Of a stretch of 46,436 nt of DNA, positions 19,244 through 28,501 are shown piece after piece. The notes under the pieces are model-generated. The model was not told the origin of the DNA and made no database searches. It saw only the letters and a program-made list of their open reading frames with translations. Position numbers and translations under genes: made by a program. Origin of the DNA: Candidatus Hydrogenedentota bacterium (GTDB lineage Bacteria > Hydrogenedentota > Hydrogenedentia > Hydrogenedentales > SLHB01); contig JAWXCN010000194.1 in the NCBI GenBank assembly GCA_034408725.1, positions 1 to 46,436 of the forward strand, in the 5' to 3' direction. The stretch's first letter is position 1; the number at the start of each line of letters is the position of its first letter.

Positions 19244-20599
19244 TCAATTCGCATACAGGGCGTAAATGCGTTTGTCGCCACGGAGGACAATGCTGGTTTT
19301 GCCGCTGCTGGAAATTTCGGTAATGTGCTCAATACCCGTGATGCTTTCGGGAAACGCGTGTTTCTCGTCGGGGTTTGGCCGGAACCCGTCATCGAAAAGC
19401 CATACCCCGAATTCGTCTTCTTCAGTACACATGCCGAGATCGGTTTTGCCGTCACCATTAAAATCGGCCAAAACCTGATGCCGCAGAGGGCCGTCACCGG
19501 CGAGAAACCAGGTTACGGGAATGCGGAACTCGAACGACGCCGCGACGGCGGGTTCGTATCGGCCCTTGTCGGGCGAATAGAGATGCGCCGTAAGTGTGAT
19601 AGGCCAATTTCTGCCTGTCACCGCGCGCAGCAACGAATCCACTGAAATGCCTGGGCGCGGCGCATTCCACAATAGAATATCCGTGAACCCGTCGCCATTG
19701 AAGTCCGCCGGGGGCTCTCCAGTGTTTACAAGTGCTCCGGCATAACGGCGCTCTGGTCCTGGGACGATAGCGCCGTTGGCGACGCCGTCTTGTGTCGTAG
19801 GCACGTCGGCGATACGGATCACCGTATTCATTATTTCGTCAACGTACCAATAGGCCCGCGTAGTCTGAGAGTCCATTCGGTTGACCATAAACCAAAGCAG
19901 ATAGTCTGGTGCGCCGTCGCCGATGGCCGCAACTCCACTAAAGTTGCGTTCCAGCGCCACATCATCGGGTGATGCCGCGTCTGGAACGAGTTCCGTGTGC
20001 GAATAATATTGAATGCTCAGACCAGTCGCAGCCAATTTGGATTCGATCGGATTCGATATTGAAGAGAATACTGTAGAAGTGGATCCATAGGGAACTTCAT
20101 TGACGAGGCTGCCATCTAAATTCCGGTACTCGATGCCGCTGGCTGTCGGAAGCGCGATCTGTTTCGCGCCGCCCGCATGCGCTTCCACGACGAGCACGCT
20201 GGGCATTGGCCCGTTGTACGCGCTCGCATAAAGCGTGTCGGCGTCGAATAGCCGGCTAGCTTCGATCGTGGCGCCTTGCAATGCCAAGGGAATGCGAAAT
20301 ATTGCGCGGCGTTGCACGGCAATAACCTCACTTGTGCCGTCGCCGTCAATATCCGCCACATCGAATACGGAAACGCCGTGCGGAAGCACTGTTTCATGAA
20401 TAGAACCATTGCGCGACACGACGGTAAGCAAGGTGCCTTCAAGTACAAACAGGTCGGCGATTGCGTCACTATCGGCATGCGCAAAAAATGTAAGCGCGGG
20501 AGAAGGACCTTCTCCCGGGGCGGCTGCCTCAAGTGGAATAGAATGGAGCTCAAAGATCGCTCCGAGCGTAATCCCCGCCATAACAAGAACTGTTGTCAT
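19244..20599 (-). CDS. FG-GAP/VCBS-repeat protein
   Basis: DIDGDGTSEV, DFNGDGFTDI and DFNGDGKTDL Ca-binding loops; hydrophobic N-terminus; ATGA overlap with the upstream gene. Confidence 0.75.
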   Translation of the reverse strand: MTTVLVMAGITLGAIFELHSIPLEAAAPGEGPSPALTFFAHADSDAIADLFVLEGTLLTVVSRNGSIHETVLPHGVSVFDVADIDGDGTSEVIAVQRRAIFRIPLALQGATIEASRLFDADTLYASAYNGPMPSVLVVEAHAGGAKQIALPTASGIEYRNLDGSLVNEVPYGSTSTVFSSISNPIESKLAATGLSIQYYSHTELVPDAASPDDVALERNFSGVAAIGDGAPDYLLWFMVNRMDSQTTRAYWYVDEIMNTVIRIADVPTTQDGVANGAIVPGPERRYAGALVNTGEPPADFNGDGFTDILLWNAPRPGISVDSLLRAVTGRNWPITLTAHLYSPDKGRYEPAVAASFEFRIPVTWFLAGDGPLRHQVLADFNGDGKTDLGMCTEEDEFGVWLFDDGFRPNPDEKHAFPESITGIEHITEISSSGKTSIVLRGDKRIYALYAN

Positions 20600-22050
20600 G
20601 GCGCGGACTCCCGCGACAAATGGATCACCGTTTCGAATAATCCGTCGCGGTTAACCCGCGTGACAACCAAATCGTCCCGGCCGTCACCGTCAATATCCGC
20701 CGCGAAGAATCCGCTTTCTTCGGCTACCGTAAGCGACGCCAGCACTCCGGACGCAATGTCGGAAGGTTGGCCTTTGTGTACGGCAAGCCGGTTTGGACGA
20801 TCGCGGATAGCGGCATCGGAGATGCCATCGCCGTCGAAATCGCCTTTCAGCGAAAAAAGGTTTCCCCGCAAAAACTGGTTAAACATCACCGAACGGCTTG
20901 CGGGGGGTTTGTCGAGTTCAATGCTGAATTTATGCGAGATGGACGGTTTGGCCGTAAACGCCCCAACGCTGTCCTGGAACCGCACCTCGACCTGCAAATC
21001 CACCTCTTTCCGGGTAAGCCCGCGCACCAGCGTTTCCCGGATACCGCCTTCCACGAGTCGCTTTGTTTCAGACAGTATGTCGATTCTACCGTCGTGGTTG
21101 TAATCCACGAGTACACTTCTCGGGGCGGGCCCGTAACTGCGCACGGTGAACATCGTCATTCCCGCGTCGGTCGAAACGTTGGTTTCAACAATGGGCGTGG
21201 TGAGTGGCGGTGGGGTTTCACCGGCAACGCGCACGCGCACGAGATCCATCGTCTCGTCATCGTTGAGCCTTCGTGGGTCGAACCCTGAATCGACCGTGTT
21301 GCTCGTATTGACGCGCACCGGCTTGTCGGTCAACGCGAAACTGTTCTCGGTGTCATAGGTGTAGACGTACTGCCGGACGCGGTGGTGACGGCTGTCCAGC
21401 GCTTCCACGCGAACGACCTGCACTGCGTCGCGCAACAAGTGTACGGCGCCAATGGCGTCCAATTGCGGCGCGCGCACCTCGCGCGCTTCGGCGGGCCAAA
21501 GTTCGTTTGGCAGCGCACGGGCCAAAGGCCGTTGAAATACCCGCCAGACGGTCCGCAGCTCGTAAAACAAGTCGGCCTTCGCATAGATATGCAAGCCGTC
21601 TTGCGCGGACCGAATGATTTCGGGTTTCCCATCCCCGTCGAGATCGCGTAAAAACCGTTCGAACCGGATCGCGTTTGAATTCGCGGACAAATCTGCGTTC
21701 TGCCCGGAAGCCGCGGGCCATTCGATGGGCTGGCTTAAGGTGCGCTGCCATTCCGGCTCGAACCACCGCACCACTTCTATCCGGTTGTCGAGTAGGACAT
21801 AAAGCTCGTCTTCCCAGACATCGCCAATCGGCCGCGCGCCCAACACGGGTAGGGGCGTCTGTTCGCTCTTTGGAAAATTTCCGCTCCGCTGGAAAGCCGC
21901 AACCAGCGGCGTGATGATATCGTTCGCCCCGTCGCCATCCAGATCTGCATGGCGCGTATTCAACAGGCCAGAACCTACGGTCAGCCCGTCGATGGGTTGT
22001 TCAACAAATACAAGGCTGACGGCAGCCATCAATGACACCAGCGCAATCAT
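20596..22050 (-). CDS. FG-GAP/VCBS-repeat protein
   Basis: Start MIALVSLMAAVSLVF in ATGA overlap with the permease; DLDGDGANDI, DLDGDGKPEI, DYNHDGRIDI, DFDGDGISD, DIDGDGRDDL loops. Confidence 0.78.
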   Translation of the reverse strand: MIALVSLMAAVSLVFVEQPIDGLTVGSGLLNTRHADLDGDGANDIITPLVAAFQRSGNFPKSEQTPLPVLGARPIGDVWEDELYVLLDNRIEVVRWFEPEWQRTLSQPIEWPAASGQNADLSANSNAIRFERFLRDLDGDGKPEIIRSAQDGLHIYAKADLFYELRTVWRVFQRPLARALPNELWPAEAREVRAPQLDAIGAVHLLRDAVQVVRVEALDSRHHRVRQYVYTYDTENSFALTDKPVRVNTSNTVDSGFDPRRLNDDETMDLVRVRVAGETPPPLTTPIVETNVSTDAGMTMFTVRSYGPAPRSVLVDYNHDGRIDILSETKRLVEGGIRETLVRGLTRKEVDLQVEVRFQDSVGAFTAKPSISHKFSIELDKPPASRSVMFNQFLRGNLFSLKGDFDGDGISDAAIRDRPNRLAVHKGQPSDIASGVLASLTVAEESGFFAADIDGDGRDDLVVTRVNRDGLFETVIHLSRESAP

Positions 22051-22841
22051 CCGTTGAAATTGCGCCGGCGAAGGCCGATGAGCGCCACGGCGCCGAAAAC
22101 CGCCGCGGCGACCGCCGATGTGCCGAGGCACCAGTACGTTTTTTCCGAAATCCATGCCACCGTCAGCCCCTCGGCCTGGCTTCGGAACACCTCCCACGGC
22201 GTATCGACATAGGACCCAAACAAATACTTCGCAATTCCCAGCGGATACTTCACCGCATCCACAACGATCCAGGTTCCAATCGCCGTGATCACAGCCGCGC
22301 CGGTATTCCGCACGTAGGTCGAAACCATGACCGCGTATGCGACGAAAGCAAACTGCGGGGCAAGCGCAATCAGAAAACCGAGCGCGTAGACGCGGACCAT
22401 GCTCCCGCTCGTATGGACGACTTCGCCCCCGTATTCGACGCCGCTGATGTTTCCGAATACCAGCGCAACGGTCCATGAGGTAATCGCCGCCGCGGCGCTG
22501 AGGGTGAAAGCATACGTCGCGCCCGCCAACAACTTTGCGAGCACAAATTCGTGGCGGAAAAGGGGGCGCGTGAGGATGAGCCGGATCGTGCCGCTCGAAA
22601 TCTCCGAGGAAACAAGGCCCGCGCAGTAGCTAATCAGAATAAACAGGCCCAGTAAGTTTAGCGCGGTCGACGTTGCCACCCCGACGAAGATAAAGGGATT
22701 TTGACCCTCACCCGCAACAGGGTACAGCAAAGGCGCGAGACCCACCATCGCAATGATGAGCAGTGGCCCTAGGTAGGTGAATTTCCAGCGAAGCGCCTTC
22801 AATAGTTCCGCGAGATAGGCTGTAAATACGCGGTCGATCAT
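22047..22841 (-). CDS. ABC-2 type transporter permease
   Basis: Start MIDRVF in ATGA overlap; AELLK motif; EISSGTIRLILTRPLFRHEFVLAK signature; six TM segments. Confidence 0.88.
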   Translation of the reverse strand: MIDRVFTAYLAELLKALRWKFTYLGPLLIIAMVGLAPLLYPVAGEGQNPFIFVGVATSTALNLLGLFILISYCAGLVSSEISSGTIRLILTRPLFRHEFVLAKLLAGATYAFTLSAAAAITSWTVALVFGNISGVEYGGEVVHTSGSMVRVYALGFLIALAPQFAFVAYAVMVSTYVRNTGAAVITAIGTWIVVDAVKYPLGIAKYLFGSYVDTPWEVFRSQAEGLTVAWISEKTYWCLGTSAVAAAVFGAVALIGLRRRNFNG

Positions 22842-23737
22842 CGGCTCAGCACCTTGAGAAAATACTCCTGTAACGTGCGCTGACGCGGCATGACGCCCGC
22901 CACTTTGAACCCTGAACTCACTAAAAACGCCGTGAGCTGGTGTACCGTGCCGCCATTGAGATGTACGCGAAGCCTTCCCTTTTTGGTTTCGACGGACTTC
23001 ACCCAGGCCTGTTCGGAAAGGCGTTTGCCGGCGGCTTCGAGAGAATCGACCAGGACGTCCACTTGGGCAGGGTCGTAGGAAAGGAGGTTTTCGATTTCCT
23101 CGCAAGCCACCAATTTGCCTTGGTTGATGACCCCGACACGATCACAGAGATACTCGACTTCCTGGAGCTGATGACTCGAGAAAATGACCGTGACCTTTGC
23201 TTCGTCCGCCAGAAACCGGAGTAGTTGGAGGATTTCCTGGGTCGATTCCGGGTCCAGGCCGGCCGTTGGCTCGTCAAGTATGACCAGTTCCGGCTCGGAC
23301 AGGAGGGCTTGGGCAAGACCCAAACGCTGGCGCATGCCGTGGGACAAGGCGCCGACGCGGCGCTGGGACACATTCAGCAATCCGACTCGATCCAGCGCCC
23401 GATCGATATTCACGTCTTTCTGGCCCAACATGGCGAGAATCTGCATATTGCGCCGGATCGATAAATGGTTATAAAAGGCGGGCCGTTCCGTAAGGATACC
23501 GAACCTGGAAATCACGGAGAGAAAATTGTCGTGAAGGTCACGGCCGAACAGCGTGACGCTGCCGCTCGAGGGCGTGACGAGGCCACACAGCATATACAGG
23601 GTCGTGCTTTTGCCGGCGCCGTTAGGTCCGAGGAGGCCGAATACCTCCCCCTCGTTGACCGTCAACGAGAGACCACTCACCGCCGTTACCGACCCGTACC
23701 GCTTCATAAGATTTTCAGTCTGTAGGCAGACTGGCAT
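22838..23737 (-). CDS. ABC transporter ATP-binding protein (BcrA/multidrug-exporter type)
   Basis: Walker A GPNGAGKST; signature LSHGMRQRLG; Walker B ILDEPTAGLDP; SSH switch. Start at MPVCLQTENL. Confidence 0.92.
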   Translation of the reverse strand: MPVCLQTENLMKRYGSVTAVSGLSLTVNEGEVFGLLGPNGAGKSTTLYMLCGLVTPSSGSVTLFGRDLHDNFLSVISRFGILTERPAFYNHLSIRRNMQILAMLGQKDVNIDRALDRVGLLNVSQRRVGALSHGMRQRLGLAQALLSEPELVILDEPTAGLDPESTQEILQLLRFLADEAKVTVIFSSHQLQEVEYLCDRVGVINQGKLVACEEIENLLSYDPAQVDVLVDSLEAAGKRLSEQAWVKSVETKKGRLRVHLNGGTVHQLTAFLVSSGFKVAGVMPRQRTLQEYFLKVLSR

Positions 23738-23885
23738 AGCGGAAATGGTAACAGTAACGGTACGTAAGGATGCAAACCAGTTCGCAGGGTCCCGGTAGAC
23801 CGCCCTTGACGCGGTCTTTCCCGGAGTGCGAAACTGACGCGGTTTGCGGTGTGTTTGCCAAGAATTAGCTGGAGGAGAAGGTAGC

Positions 23886-24875
23886 ATGGGGGCCGAAGCA
23901 AAAGGGCGGCGCGGACTGCGGATGCGGGAGATTCTGGCCATTCTGGTGCTGATCGCGGTGGCAGCCCTGCTGGCATTGCCGGTAGTGCGCACGACACGCA
24001 CCGCCGTATTGGACCGTACCTGCGTCGGGAACCTGAAGCAGTGGGGCAGCATTTTCGCCCAATATCGCGCCGAACACCACGCTATGAATCCCATGCCGCA
24101 CGGGTTCGAGCGATTCGGCCCGGCATCCAACGCCGAGGGCTGCACCAATATCGACGATGCGTTTGATTACGCGCCGCAGGTGGACTCCATTTTCCCCGAA
24201 TATTCCAACGACACCGCGATACTTGCGTGCCCGGACACCTCTGGCGTCGTACCGGCTGTGACGGCGGGGCCGGTTGTGTTTAAGGCCCCACGTTTGGACA
24301 CGAACATTTTCAAGATTGCGGAAGGCACTTGCGGATTCGAGGGATCAATTACCCGGCCCGCTACCTCGTATACCTATCTCGGCTTCGAAATTCATCGGGC
24401 AAATGACAGTGACCCCCAGATTTCGCTGGAACAGGCGCGGAAATTCGGGTTGCCCGCTTCGGGTCCCGCGACTATCGTCGCCCTGCTCGCACACCTGCAA
24501 GTCAGCCCCAACAAAGGATGGGAAGAAGTCCAGCGGTTGCGTAATTACGGCTTCATGGCAACCGAATACGTACAGCGCCTTGGATATCCTTATACGGAAA
24601 CCATGAAGCTTGCCGTGACCCCTCTCAGCGAAACGGCGAAGAGTTCAAACCTCAATGACCTCGGTATAGACCGATCGGCCGAAGTTTTGTTGTACCCCAC
24701 GATGGCTGTGATGTGGGACGCGATTCATCAGGATGCGGCAGGCGAACCGGTGTTCAACCATTCCGCGCCCGCCGGCTGCAATGTCCTGTACATGGATGGG
24801 CACGTGGAATTCAAATCGTTTCCCGGTGACTTTCCGGTGAGCAAAGGCTTCGCCAACATGAAGGCCGTACGGTAG
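23886..24875 (+). CDS. Prepilin-like N-terminus / H-X9-DG C-terminal domain protein (DUF1559-like)
   Basis: SD GGAGGAG; RRG-LRMRE followed by a hydrophobic helix; C..NLKQWG motif; C-terminal FNHSAPAGCNVLYMDGHVEF. Confidence 0.82.
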   Translation: MGAEAKGRRGLRMREILAILVLIAVAALLALPVVRTTRTAVLDRTCVGNLKQWGSIFAQYRAEHHAMNPMPHGFERFGPASNAEGCTNIDDAFDYAPQVDSIFPEYSNDTAILACPDTSGVVPAVTAGPVVFKAPRLDTNIFKIAEGTCGFEGSITRPATSYTYLGFEIHRANDSDPQISLEQARKFGLPASGPATIVALLAHLQVSPNKGWEEVQRLRNYGFMATEYVQRLGYPYTETMKLAVTPLSETAKSSNLNDLGIDRSAEVLLYPTMAVMWDAIHQDAAGEPVFNHSAPAGCNVLYMDGHVEFKSFPGDFPVSKGFANMKAVR

Positions 24876-24876
24876 C

Positions 24877-25683
24877 GTGGAAGACGACATCCGCGCGTTG
24901 CGAGGGGTCCGCCACTTTCTTCTCGACCTTGATGGCACAATTTATCTTGGAGCGAATCTCATTCCGGGCGCGGCCGAATTCATTCAATACCTGCGCGAAA
25001 CCGATCGAAAATATCTCTTCTTCACCAATAACAGCTCGAAGAATGCCGAGGAATACGCAGAAAAACTTGCACGGCTAGGAATTCCCGCGACCCCGGCGGA
25101 CATCCTGACTTCTGGTGAGGCCACAGTCCGGTATCTCCTCGAGCAGACGACGCATCGCAAATTGTTCGTCGTCGGGATGCCGTCGTTTGAAGAGGAACTG
25201 ACGCGGGCTGGATTTACCTTGACTGAGAAGGGGGTGGACGCTGTCGTGTTGGCGTTTGATCGGTCGTTGACGTATGGGAAACTCGAACGCGCGTGCCTGC
25301 TGCTGCGCGAAAACCTACCCTATTTTGCAACGAATCCGGATAAAGTTTGCCCGACCGATTACGGTTATATCCCCGACTGCGGATCGATTGCCGCCCTCTT
25401 GCATGAAGCCTCCGGGCGAACACCCATTTATATCGGCAAACCGAATCCGGAAATGGTCCGCATCGGCATGGAAAAACTCGGTGGCGCCATTGATTCTACC
25501 GCAATGATCGGCGACAGACTATATACGGACATGCAGATGGCGTATACGGCCGGAATCGTTTCCGTGTTGGTGTTGAGCGGCGAGACGAAGCGGGAGAATC
25601 TGGGGGCATCTGCGCAGCAGCCTCACTTCGTCTTTGATTCCGTGAAAGGGCTGCGCGACGCGCTTGCCGGTTCCACGCCGTAG
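24877..25683 (+). CDS. HAD-superfamily subfamily IIA hydrolase (NagD-like)
   Basis: DLDGT motif I; TNNS; ATNPD; IGKP; MIGDRLYTD; LVLSGET. Confidence 0.92.
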   Translation: MEDDIRALRGVRHFLLDLDGTIYLGANLIPGAAEFIQYLRETDRKYLFFTNNSSKNAEEYAEKLARLGIPATPADILTSGEATVRYLLEQTTHRKLFVVGMPSFEEELTRAGFTLTEKGVDAVVLAFDRSLTYGKLERACLLLRENLPYFATNPDKVCPTDYGYIPDCGSIAALLHEASGRTPIYIGKPNPEMVRIGMEKLGGAIDSTAMIGDRLYTDMQMAYTAGIVSVLVLSGETKRENLGASAQQPHFVFDSVKGLRDALAGSTP

Positions 25684-25690
25684 TTGGAAA

Positions 25691-27505
25691 ATGAGCGTGA
25701 CACAACGCACACAGTCGCTCATCCAGCTCGCACTGCCGTATGCCGTACTCGCGGCAATTACGCTCATCGCCTTCAGCCCGGTCCTCACGCACGACTTTAT
25801 CCGCTATGACGATACGGTCTACATCACCGATAACCCCGGCGTAAAGCAAGGCCTTTCCCTCGCCGGACTTCGCTACGCCGCGACGAAAATTGTCTCGTCC
25901 AACTGGCATCCGCTGACAATTCTCTCCCATCAGCTCGACGTCACACTGTTCGGTTTGCGCGCGCCGGGACACCACGCCGTCAACCTGGTCTTTCACATCA
26001 CGAATGCATATTTGCTGTTTCGTCTCCTGCGCAAAATGACCGGGCAAACAAAACGCTGTCTTCTGATCGCCGCGCTTTTCGCGGTGCATCCGCTGCACGT
26101 CGAATCAGTGGCGTGGGTATCTGAACGTAAAGACGTGCTGAGCACGTTCTGCATGTTCATGGCGTTGGGCGCGTACGTGAACTTCTCCAAACGCCGGCGC
26201 GCCGGGTCGTATGCGTCGATGTTGGTCTGGTACGCACTAGCGCTCCTGGCTAAACCCATGCCCGTGACCATGCCGTTCCTCTTGTTGTTGCTGGACTACT
26301 GGCCACTGCGAAACCCGGGCGACCCGGTGCGGCAATACGCACGACTGTTTCCACGACTCGCCGTGGAGAAACTGCCACTTTTTGCGCTGAGCGCAGCGTC
26401 TTGTATTGTCACCTACGTCGTCCAACAACGCACAGGCGCAACGCGTGATCTTGACGCTGTTAGTCTCGGCCATCGCATCGAAACCGCGGCAGTCGCTTAC
26501 GCCGGATACCTCGCGAAAATGATCGCGCCCGTGCATCTCGCTCCGCATTATCCCCTTAGTAGCCCGGCTTCCATCACATTGCTTGCCAGCGTAGCGCTCC
26601 TCATCGCGATCACGATAACGGCGCTGGCGTTGGTCCGCGCACGGCCCTATCTAGCGGTCGGATGGTTTTGGTATCTAGGAACGCTCGTTCCCGTGATCGG
26701 TCTCATACAAATCGGAAACCAGGCGATGGCGGACCGTTATACCTACGTGCCCTTGATCGGAATTTTTATCACAATCGTGTGGGCAGCCGCGGACATGCTT
26801 TCGACCAATCGCTCACGTCGCGCGGTAACCGTGACGGCCATCGTTGTCCTTGCCACGCTATCGATGATGGCATTCAAACAAGCGCGTTATTGGAAAGACA
26901 GCGAAACCTTGTTCATCCACACACTTGCGGTATCCCCGCGTAGCGCGGTCGCGCATACCGTGCTCGGCCTGGTGTATGCCAAAGACAAAAAACATGACCA
27001 GGCGTTAACACATTTTCAGCGCGCGCAGGAACTCGACCCGCGACCGCGGGACGCCGCGTTCAACCTCGGCACTGCGTTGCTCAACGCGAACCGGCCAAGC
27101 GACGCAATTCCGTGGTTAACTGCCGCGACCACTGCGTACGACAAGCCCGCGGACGCGCGCGCGAACCTGGGGATGGCGTTGCTTCAACTCAATTTCGCGC
27201 AAAACGCCATGGCGGAATTTGCGAAAGCGTTGGCGATCGACGAAAACCACATACCCGCCCGCATGAACCTCGGAATCGCCGCGGGCATGCTCGGCGACAC
27301 GGCGACGGCAATCGCAACGCTGGCCGAAGTGGTGCGCCGCGCCCCCAACGACGCAGACGCACACTACAACTACGGAATCGCGCTTCTTAACGGTGGCCGC
27401 ACAGCGGACGCCATCACGCATTTCGAAGAAGCCCTGCGCCTCCGCCCCGGATTCGCGGAAGCCAAAACCTCCCTCGACCAACTTTTTGGAGTGCGGCCGC
27501 GGTAG
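25691..27505 (+). CDS. TMTC-like membrane glycosyltransferase (GT-C fold) with C-terminal TPR repeats
   Basis: FIRYDD..YI.DN; WHPLTILS; HPLHVESVAWVSERKDVL; KPM; MADRYTYVP; W.DSETLF followed by about 5 TPRs. Confidence 0.85.
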   Translation: MSVTQRTQSLIQLALPYAVLAAITLIAFSPVLTHDFIRYDDTVYITDNPGVKQGLSLAGLRYAATKIVSSNWHPLTILSHQLDVTLFGLRAPGHHAVNLVFHITNAYLLFRLLRKMTGQTKRCLLIAALFAVHPLHVESVAWVSERKDVLSTFCMFMALGAYVNFSKRRRAGSYASMLVWYALALLAKPMPVTMPFLLLLLDYWPLRNPGDPVRQYARLFPRLAVEKLPLFALSAASCIVTYVVQQRTGATRDLDAVSLGHRIETAAVAYAGYLAKMIAPVHLAPHYPLSSPASITLLASVALLIAITITALALVRARPYLAVGWFWYLGTLVPVIGLIQIGNQAMADRYTYVPLIGIFITIVWAAADMLSTNRSRRAVTVTAIVVLATLSMMAFKQARYWKDSETLFIHTLAVSPRSAVAHTVLGLVYAKDKKHDQALTHFQRAQELDPRPRDAAFNLGTALLNANRPSDAIPWLTAATTAYDKPADARANLGMALLQLNFAQNAMAEFAKALAIDENHIPARMNLGIAAGMLGDTATAIATLAEVVRRAPNDADAHYNYGIALLNGGRTADAITHFEEALRLRPGFAEAKTSLDQLFGVRPR

Positions 27506-27886
27506 CTGCCGATTTCCATTCGGAAACCTACAGCCCCGCGAAACTCTTCCATTCCAAGTTCTACGAAGAATCCTATTTGGACCGGTGGGCCACATTCCAA
27601 ACGCGACGTTTCGGGAAGAAGCCTATTTGGACTGCGGCGGCCCCCAGGGCGCCGCTTTGACTGTTTATCACAGATGGCCTACCCCGTGCTGTGCGCGCAC
27701 GACGCCGTCGCCCCTAAACAGCCAAAGCGGTGTCTGCTCTACCCGCTTCGCCACCGCAGTCCAAATAGTCCTTCTCCCCAAACCTCCTCCTAACAAGAAG
27801 CCTATTTGGACTGCGGCGGCCCCCAAGGCGCCGCTTTGGCTGTTTATCACCGAAGACGATGGACAGCGATTGCATTTCCAATAGTC
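27485..27886. repeat. Tandem array of about four REPIN/MITE-like units (same family as copies A and B)
   Basis: Units at about 27485 (degenerate, overlaps the TPR gene stop), 27565-27602 (collapsed), 27615-27776 (complete, inverted ends ctatttggactgcgg/ccgcagtccaaatag) and 27795-27886 (right half deleted). Confidence 0.85.
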
Positions 27887-27894
27887 GCGCGATT

Positions 27895-28326
27895 TTATAC
27901 GTGTCCTCGGCAAGCCGTCGCATTACAAGAGCACTTCATTCCATCAATATGCGGCGTTTCACCATAATCAATCGTCAATTCAGCACCCGCCGGAATGTCC
28001 ACAAGCGCGTACATCTCCACGCGCATCCGGATGATCCGCAAATAACAATTCGGCTCACAACTATGATTGATGTGGCCAAGCTCATTTCCCCGCGAACAAT
28101 CCAGCGCCCACTGGTGAGTCAATTCGACCATATAAATCCGCTTCGTCCGCTCGACCGCCCTGCGCGCCTGCGGCAACCGAACCAGCGTTCCCGTGATCTC
28201 GCCGATTTTTCTACGCGCAGGTAGATTCGACAGCGTGAATACGCCGTGCCCCTGAATTGCGCTTTTGCGCAGGGTGAACGAATAACTTTCAAGACCGTTG
28301 GTATGTGTCCCTTTTCGCACGTGCAT
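27895..28326 (-). CDS. SET-domain protein-lysine methyltransferase with post-SET Cys motif
   Basis: SAIQGHGVF; INHSCEPN; GAELTIDYG; post-SET CSCNATACRG. Start uncertain (28320-28401). Confidence 0.88.
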   Translation of the reverse strand: MHVRKGTHTNGLESYSFTLRKSAIQGHGVFTLSNLPARRKIGEITGTLVRLPQARRAVERTKRIYMVELTHQWALDCSRGNELGHINHSCEPNCYLRIIRMRVEMYALVDIPAGAELTIDYGETPHIDGMKCSCNATACRGHV

Positions 28327-28437
28327 CCTTACTTGTTGAAAACGTTCTCGATACCGTTCACAGACTGAATACTTAACACCAACTCGGCTTCCGAATTCCA
28401 ACGTTTTTATAAGAGCGGACTGCGCGTAAATTCAATT

Positions 28438-28467
28438 CGACTACGATTACGATAACGATTACGATTA
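28438..28467. repeat. Hexamer tandem repeat, about 5 x CGATTA
   Basis: cgacta cgatta cgataa cgatta cgatta in the divergent SET/glmU intergenic region. Confidence 0.8.
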
Positions 28468-28501
28468 AGCGTTACCGAACATCGAGGGGGAGAGGTGACC
28501 A

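Noticed and set aside
27485-27886. Possible CRISPR array (recurring gaagaagcctatttggac)
   Set aside because: Units have irregular spacing (about 50 and 180 nt), contain inverted arms, recur elsewhere as dispersed elements, and there are no cas genes.
27393-27923. ORFs 27393-27884 (+), 27668-27913 (-) and 27714-27923 (-)
   Set aside because: They are translations of the palindromic repeat array (LDCGG / WTAAA peptides) and overlap real genes.
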